The position numbers were made by a program, and so were the translations under genes. Below the pieces are notes generated by a model. That model did no database searches. It saw only the letters and a program-made list of their open reading frames with translations, and was not told where the DNA came from. From the human T2T-CHM13v2.0 reference genome, Homo sapiens, in NCBI RefSeq assembly GCF_009914755.1, contig NC_060937.1: a DNA stretch of 64,000 nucleotides. One strand, 5' to 3'. Positions 56,676 to 64,000 of this stretch are shown piece by piece; within the stretch, counting starts at the first letter, position 1; every line of letters begins with the position of its first letter.

Positions 56676-57081
56676 GTTTGTTTAGGATTAAAATGACTTC
56701 CTTTATTCTGCTTATGCTACTAAGCAATATAGCCAATTTAAGCAGATAGAATGGAGCTGTTCAGCCTGAGAATCCTGTTAGTTCCTACCTTGGCCCAAAC
56801 AAAATAAAATTTGAGCAATTAATGATACTACCTAGGCTCAAAATATACGTTTTCAAGAAGAGTTTTCCTAGTGTTCCTCAATACTCGTCCTAGTATTCTA
56901 GAAAATTCAGCTGTTTTCAAGGCTAAAGGTAACGATTACAGCTGCCAACTAATACGTAAATTTGTCTCAGTCAGCCTTAGCTTAGTCTACAATGTTAAGC
57001 CAACTTGTAGTTCAAGATCAGCAGCCTGAGAATTAAGATTGTCCTTGTCTGCTCAAAATCCATGCTAAGAATACAGTTGTT

Positions 57082-57716
<635 letters not shown>

Positions 57717-59154
57717 GTATCACTAGTGGGCTCATTCTACTTTTCTCTATGCTAATACATAAAGAATCACGTCTTCTTAATAACACAGAATGTTTAAATT
57801 TGGGGGAAAGTAAAACCCTTGAATTAAATCTGTTGTATGTTAGCTTTATCTTATATTTTTACACTGGATGACACCTTGAATATAAATTTAACCCGTATTT
57901 TCTTGTTGACAGGGATACAATACCCATGTGGCATAAGCTTTGGGGAAGTAAACAAACTGTCAGTATCTCAATGTTCTCATATAATTATCTACATCATATC
58001 ATCGTTGTGAGAATTAACCTTGGTTTATTACTGGCAGATTTTTTAAAATTTCTGTCATTATACTTATCTTTAACAGTGTATGTTGCAAAGTGCTGAACTT
58101 AGGGTCAATAAAAGTAAAAACCTTTCTCAAAACAATATTTAAATTAAATTAAGTTAAATATTTTAAATATTTATTATTTTAATCTCCTTTGAAGAAGGCA
58201 AAATTATTGATACTGAAATTCATGAAATAAGATATTTAGTTAACTTCACATTACTGGTGAAACTGAGGTTTTCTGACGTATGTGGGAGATTTAATTTTGC
58301 AAAAATAAAAGAAAATAATGCTATATTTAAAGAACTTTCTCTGGTTAGAGAGATTGTGCTACTCTAGACTTTTTACCATAGCTTCTTACATATGAAACTT
58401 TACCATCTACAAATTTACAGAGTACTTTTTCTGAGATCCTGTCTTGCATTTTTCTTTGTACATTCCTGTTTCAGGAGATCTGTTTGTCTGGTTTCCTACT
58501 AGAACGCAGAACTCTTAATTATGCTGCTCCTTTGTCTCTTCTTCTCAACAGTGCCCATGTCATGGGAGAGCCATGGGAAGAAAGAGATACAGGGAAAAAA
58601 GCAATAGGTGTATGCTTCATCCTTCTGGGATCACATCTTCTTTGAAAGTAGGAAGAGATGTCCCTTCCTTAGAGTTTTTAGGGCCCTGAAGACCACATGA
58701 TTGCTTGGGAGCTGAGGTTAATGAAATGGGAGCTTTTTGTTTAAATAAAGAAAAATATGGCTGATTTCTATACCCTCTCTGTGACCTCTTTGTCCCTTCT
58801 TAAAGCAGAACCATTGGGCTTCTCCTGGCGCCATTTCTGTTTATGATAATCTCACTTTTGAATTTTATAGATCCAATCAATTCAGCTCGGGGATTGCTAG
58901 AGGGGGAGAAATGATAAACTCAACAATTTTTCATTGTTACTTTGAATGATGGTCATTTTTTCTATAATTTGTCATCACTTTTTTTTTTTTTTACTTTTAA
59001 GAGGCTTCAAATAGCCATTCTATTTATTCTGTTCAGGTTTTATAGCTGCACTTAGTTAGAGGCAGTGTACTGTGTAATAAGTCCATCTTATCTGGAACGG
59101 AACTTCACTGTAACAATTTTGAAAGTAAAAAATAATATTTATTAAAAATTAATC

Positions 59155-59485
<331 letters not shown>

Positions 59486-59799
59486 CTAGAAATAGCTCAG
59501 ATAAAAATGGATATATAAACACTCTACCTGAACAACATTTCTTTAAACAATTTTCTATATTCTTTGTCTCTCTCCTTTGGCTTCTATTTATATATCAGCG
59601 TCTTAAATCTCATTTTTAATCCATAAAATTCCACTGAGGCATTCATGAAAAATCTTATTTAACTTCTGGACAAAATTTTACATGACTATTTATTCTTTGA
59701 CCCGGTATGTTTTTTTGACTTCAGGGTGTGAGACACAGACAGTTTTCCACCTAATTCTCTGGCACATCTTCTCAGGTATTTTGAGAATCTTCTTCTCTT

Positions 59800-60895
59800 C
59801 CTTCCTTCAGTATGACTCATATTACATTTCTCACTCTGCCTAACATTCCTACATGATTTTATTTGCTCCCATAGTTTTAATTACTAGTTGGCTCTTAATG
59901 ACTCCAAAATCAACATCATCCACCATCAGTAGTTCCCGTTTTAATTCATTACAATATATTGAATTATGAATAGATATTTTGATTAAAATTCAACAATGAA
60001 AAATTTGAAATATTCCGACCTAGATTTATAATCATTGTTCCCAAACGTTTTCTTTCTCTGTCTTTCCTGACTTAATAAAAAGTATTACTACCAGCAACTA
60101 GATGTCCAAGTCAGAAACCTAATTGTCATTTTGAGTTTCATTTTTCTCGACTTTCACTCTACATTCAATAATTAACCTTTAGATTCTAACTCCCAAATAT
60201 ATCTCAATTATTATTTTTTAACTTCTCTAAAAAAATAATAATGCTTCTCTGAGACAAGCCGCCATAATGTCCACCAGGATAATTATAATAATCTAAGTGG
60301 CATGTCCAACAGTGGTCTTGATTTTTTCCAATCACTTCTCTCACTGAAGACAGACTAATTTTCTAAGGTGTGAATATGATCACCTGCTTACAATTCTTTA
60401 TCAGTTATTCATTTTCTTTATAACAAAGTAAAAAATATTTAGCAGAGATTAAATATCTCTTCATTCAATGGCCCCTGCTTATGTATCCAGTCACATCTCT
60501 TAATTCTGCCTTTAACCTGAATCTTAACACATTTTTAAACCCTTACCTGTGCTCATAATATTATTCAAGGATATCAACACAAGTTGTTACTTCTGAATCT
60601 TTATGTATACATTTTTCTTGGTTCCAGAATAAGGAAATGTTTTTCAGGGTTTAGTTTCAATATCAGTTTTTCCATGAATATTACATTATTCCTGCTAAAG
60701 CTATTTTAGAAGTATTGTCTATGTTATATAGTACTATATATTTCTACTACTCTAAATTTCATATATCTTTTTGAAAAAATAGATTATTTATTTCTATTGG
60801 GTTATCAAAAAAATCTAAACTCCATCAAAGTCAAGATTCATGCTATATTGTTCACTGTTACTATCTTCATCATCAATTGCAATGCCTGGCAATTA
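59800..60895 (+). mobile_element. L2 3' region (~1.1 kb, diverged)
   Basis: taatgactccaaaatc, caagtcagaaacct, gaatatgatcacctgctta and gttcactgtt..aatgcctggca. Confidence 0.75.
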
Positions 60896-61374
60896 TAATT
60901 TAAATGGAGAGATTAATAAATTAACACAAAAGGAACTATTCTCAAAACCCCAAAAAAGATGGCAAAAATATGTCCTTTCATCAATAGCAAACTTATGATT
61001 TGGCAAACTAAAAAACGAAAAAAAATCATAATTTACACTTGGTTCTTTCCAGAAAGCAATAAAGACTTTACCAGCCTGGAAATATATCATTTCACAGAAG
61101 AGTCAAGAATATGCAACTTCTAAATAATGTCAGTCCATGCTAAGAGAAAAAATAGTTTTCCAGATATTAAAACTTGTAACAAAGTTCAAACCACATCAGA
61201 ATTATTTTTTCTCATTTTCCACACGTGTTTCAGTTGTTGAAAGTACCGAGGGATATAACAAGGGAGACAACAGCTCATTGTTAGTGAGAACTTGCTATAT
61301 AATGTGTACTTTCATGTAAAATAGATATATAAACTTATAGAGCAACTGTATTTGTTAGATAATGAGGGGCTAAG

Positions 61375-61800
61375 CGACATGGTGATTCAATGCATAGTTA
61401 GAGCCAGACTGCTCTAATTGAATCTAGACTTTGTAATTTAAGAGCTGTATAATCACTCTCTGCCTCAGTTTCCTCATCTATAAAAGGGGCATAACAATAT
61501 TACCTACCTCCTATGTTTGATTTTTAAGGATTAAGTGAGTTAACATATTCAGAATACTTAGAGCATTGCCTTCTTTAGTAAGTACTATATAGTTAGTAAG
61601 TACTATATATTTAGTAAGTAATATTTATATACAATATACAATTATTATTCCTATTTTACATATGAGAAATATAAAATTCAGAGATGTTCAGTAATGTCCC
61701 TATTATCACACAACTGGTTAACAGCTGGTAAGTAGAGAAGCCCAGCCATAAATCTTTTTCTTTTTGATTCCAAAGTTCATGATATATCTACATTCCATGA
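61375..61800. mobile_element. Two MIRs tail-to-tail (sense 61375-61610, antisense 61640-61800)
   Basis: Core ctctctgcctcagtttcctcatctataaaagggg and antisense attattattcctattttacatatgagaaa. Confidence 0.85.
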
Positions 61801-61874
61801 GCAAACCCAGTAGGTATGCCAACATTTATATATTAGAAAATTTTATACTAGGTATATTTAAAATGAAAAGTCTA

Positions 61875-62177
61875 AGCCGAGCACAATGGCTTGTGCCTGT
61901 AATTCCAGCACTTTGGGAGGTTGAGTTGAGAAGATCTTTTAAGCCAATAAGTTTGAGACCATCCTGGGCAATATAGTGAGACTGTTTCTATTTTAAAAAA
62001 TACAAAAAATTACCCAGGTGTGGTGGCTCACACTTGTAGTCCTAGGTACTCAGGTGACTTAGGTGGGAGGATTGCTTGAGGTCAGGAGTTTGAGGCTGCA
62101 GTGAGCCATGATTGTACCACTGGACTCCAGCCTGGGTGACAAAGCAAGACCTGTCTCTAAAATAAAGAAAAGAAAAA
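61875..62177 (+). mobile_element. AluJ
   Basis: ggtgggaggattgcttgag..gaggctgcagtgagccatgattgtaccactg are AluJ diagnostics. Confidence 0.93.
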
Positions 62178-63654
62178 CCTACATTAGTATAATAAACTTT
62201 TATTTAACCATCATTACTTTAAACTATGGTCAACATAGTATCAGTCTTATGTAATTTACAATCTTACTCAATCCTAAGACTTAGATTATTTTAAAGAAAA
62301 TCCAAAATGTCATATTCTTTCTACACAATTTTCATTTTTAAGTATTCTTGAAAGGACTAATTTTTAACATGACCATGATAATATTATAAAACATAAAAGT
62401 TATTAATAGTAATCCTTGAATACATATCCAGTGTTCAAATATTCTTGATTACTATATTGCCACTTATTTGCATGCTATTTGTCAATAATTACTTTGTAAA
62501 TTAAATTTTGAATGTCACAGTTCCTCTAAATTCTGCTCTATCATCTCCTTTTGAGGTTTCATTCACTTCTGTGACTTCAATGGCCACATAAATTAGATTT
62601 ATTAATAAATACATAAAGATGATACAAATAATCATTTATTTTATTTTTATTTTACCCAGCATTCTATTTCATAATGATACTTTATTCTTAAAATATTATT
62701 TTCAATGTATTATAGATAAAAATACATCTTTATGAAGCCAGTGATTTCTAATCTGCTCTTATGAGTATGTCCAGTTTTACACTGAATTGTAGAAATAGTA
62801 TTAAAATGAGAGATTCAGCATCTTACTGATTTAAATATAACAATAACAAACAAGAGTCATTGAAAGGATAGTCTGAGAGACTTTTTACCTTGGTACTACT
62901 TAGTGTTGCAATGAAAATGTCAATAGATACTTACAGTCACATTTGAAATTGTCCTACTAGTGTATGGAAAAAATAAATTACATGGTAATAGAGTTGCTAG
63001 AAACGTTAGAGTAAGAAAACATTAGTCAGCTTTCATGTGATATTTTAGGAGTAAGAAAGAATGAAATAAAATAGAAATATGGATTAAAATCACAAGTGTT
63101 AAAGATAACTGAATTTGTCTCTGTGCCTAGATGAAAATACCAGCCTGAGACAGAGAACTAGATATGAAAGATGAAAAAAAAATCCCAGCTGCACTGTAAC
63201 CATCAAAATTGAGCAGTATTCTACCTTATAATTGAGTCTCGGTGGCACAATTCTTACATCATTCACTATGACTGTTCCAATAAGCCCCTGTTAAAGTTAA
63301 CAGACTTGAACTCCACTGAAAATTCATCATCTAAACGTAAGCATTGGCTTAGTAGAATGGAACAGACGGATTTTTATGTGGGAAAGGGACAGTCAATTCT
63401 ACAAATTTTAATTAATCAGAAAGTTTTATGTCAGCACATTGTCTAGGATGTGTTCTAAAGAAAATTAGTGTGACAATATACATATATGAAAAAATGTAAA
63501 AAGAGAAATAACCCAACTATTCAGAAATTCTTTTGTAGTATTTATTCATAATACATAATTCACAAAACATAAGCAAATATGAAGGAGTATTTGAAACTAA
63601 TGAAATTTCAGCATTTTTTTATGGTCAGTAGAATTCAGTGGTTATTGCTAAACG

Positions 63655-63941
63655 TTTTTTTTGAGACAGTCTCCCTCTTTCGCCCAGGCTGGAGTGCAGT
63701 GGTGCGATCTAGGCTCACTGCAAGCTCCGCCTCCTGGGTTCACACCGTTCTCCTGCCTCAGCCTCCAGAGTAGCTGGGACTACAGGCACCTGCCACCACG
63801 CCTGGCTAATGTTTTGTATTTTTAGTAGAGACGGGGTTTCACCGTGTTAGCCAGGATGGTCTCGATCTCCTGACCTCGTGATCCACCCTCCTTAGTCTCC
63901 CGAAGTGCTGGGATTACAGGCGTGAGCCACCGCGCCCGGCC
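63655..63941 (-). mobile_element. AluY
   Basis: ctgcaagctccgcctcc and accgtgttagccaggatggtctcgatctcc. TSD attgctaaac / atcgctaaac. Confidence 0.97.
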
Positions 63942-64000
63942 ATCGCTAAACTTTTTATATCTTTGATTAGAATACTTTTCAGGAAAAATTGAGAATAAAA

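Overview
This is primate (probably human) nuclear DNA: an AT-rich, CpG-poor intergenic or deep-intronic stretch made largely of interspersed repeats. I see no supportable host protein-coding exon, RNA gene, CRISPR array or prokaryotic-type system. The longer ORFs in the track are decayed L1 ORF1/ORF2, MaLR (THE1) internal ORF pieces, Alu-derived frames or chance frames. Main content: about 12 Alu/FLAM elements (several with readable target-site duplications, TSDs), a near-full-length ~6.5 kb L1PA13-15-type element, two 5'-inverted (twin-primed) L1s, a complete two-LTR THE1 provirus, MLT1/MLT2/MER57 LTRs, Tigger/Charlie DNA-transposon fossils, L2/MIR fossils and a tRNA-Ile-headed ancient SINE. 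The least expected signal is three short, locally templated, non-tandem duplications (about 100-250 bp, donors 0.5-3.2 kb away) between 21.8 and 35.0 kb, plus a micro-hairpin scar at 37.7 kb. A nearly unmutated AluYc1-type insertion may be polymorphic. I found no convincing new biological system. Subfamily names come from recalled consensus sequences, not a database search, and boundaries of old repeats are approximate.
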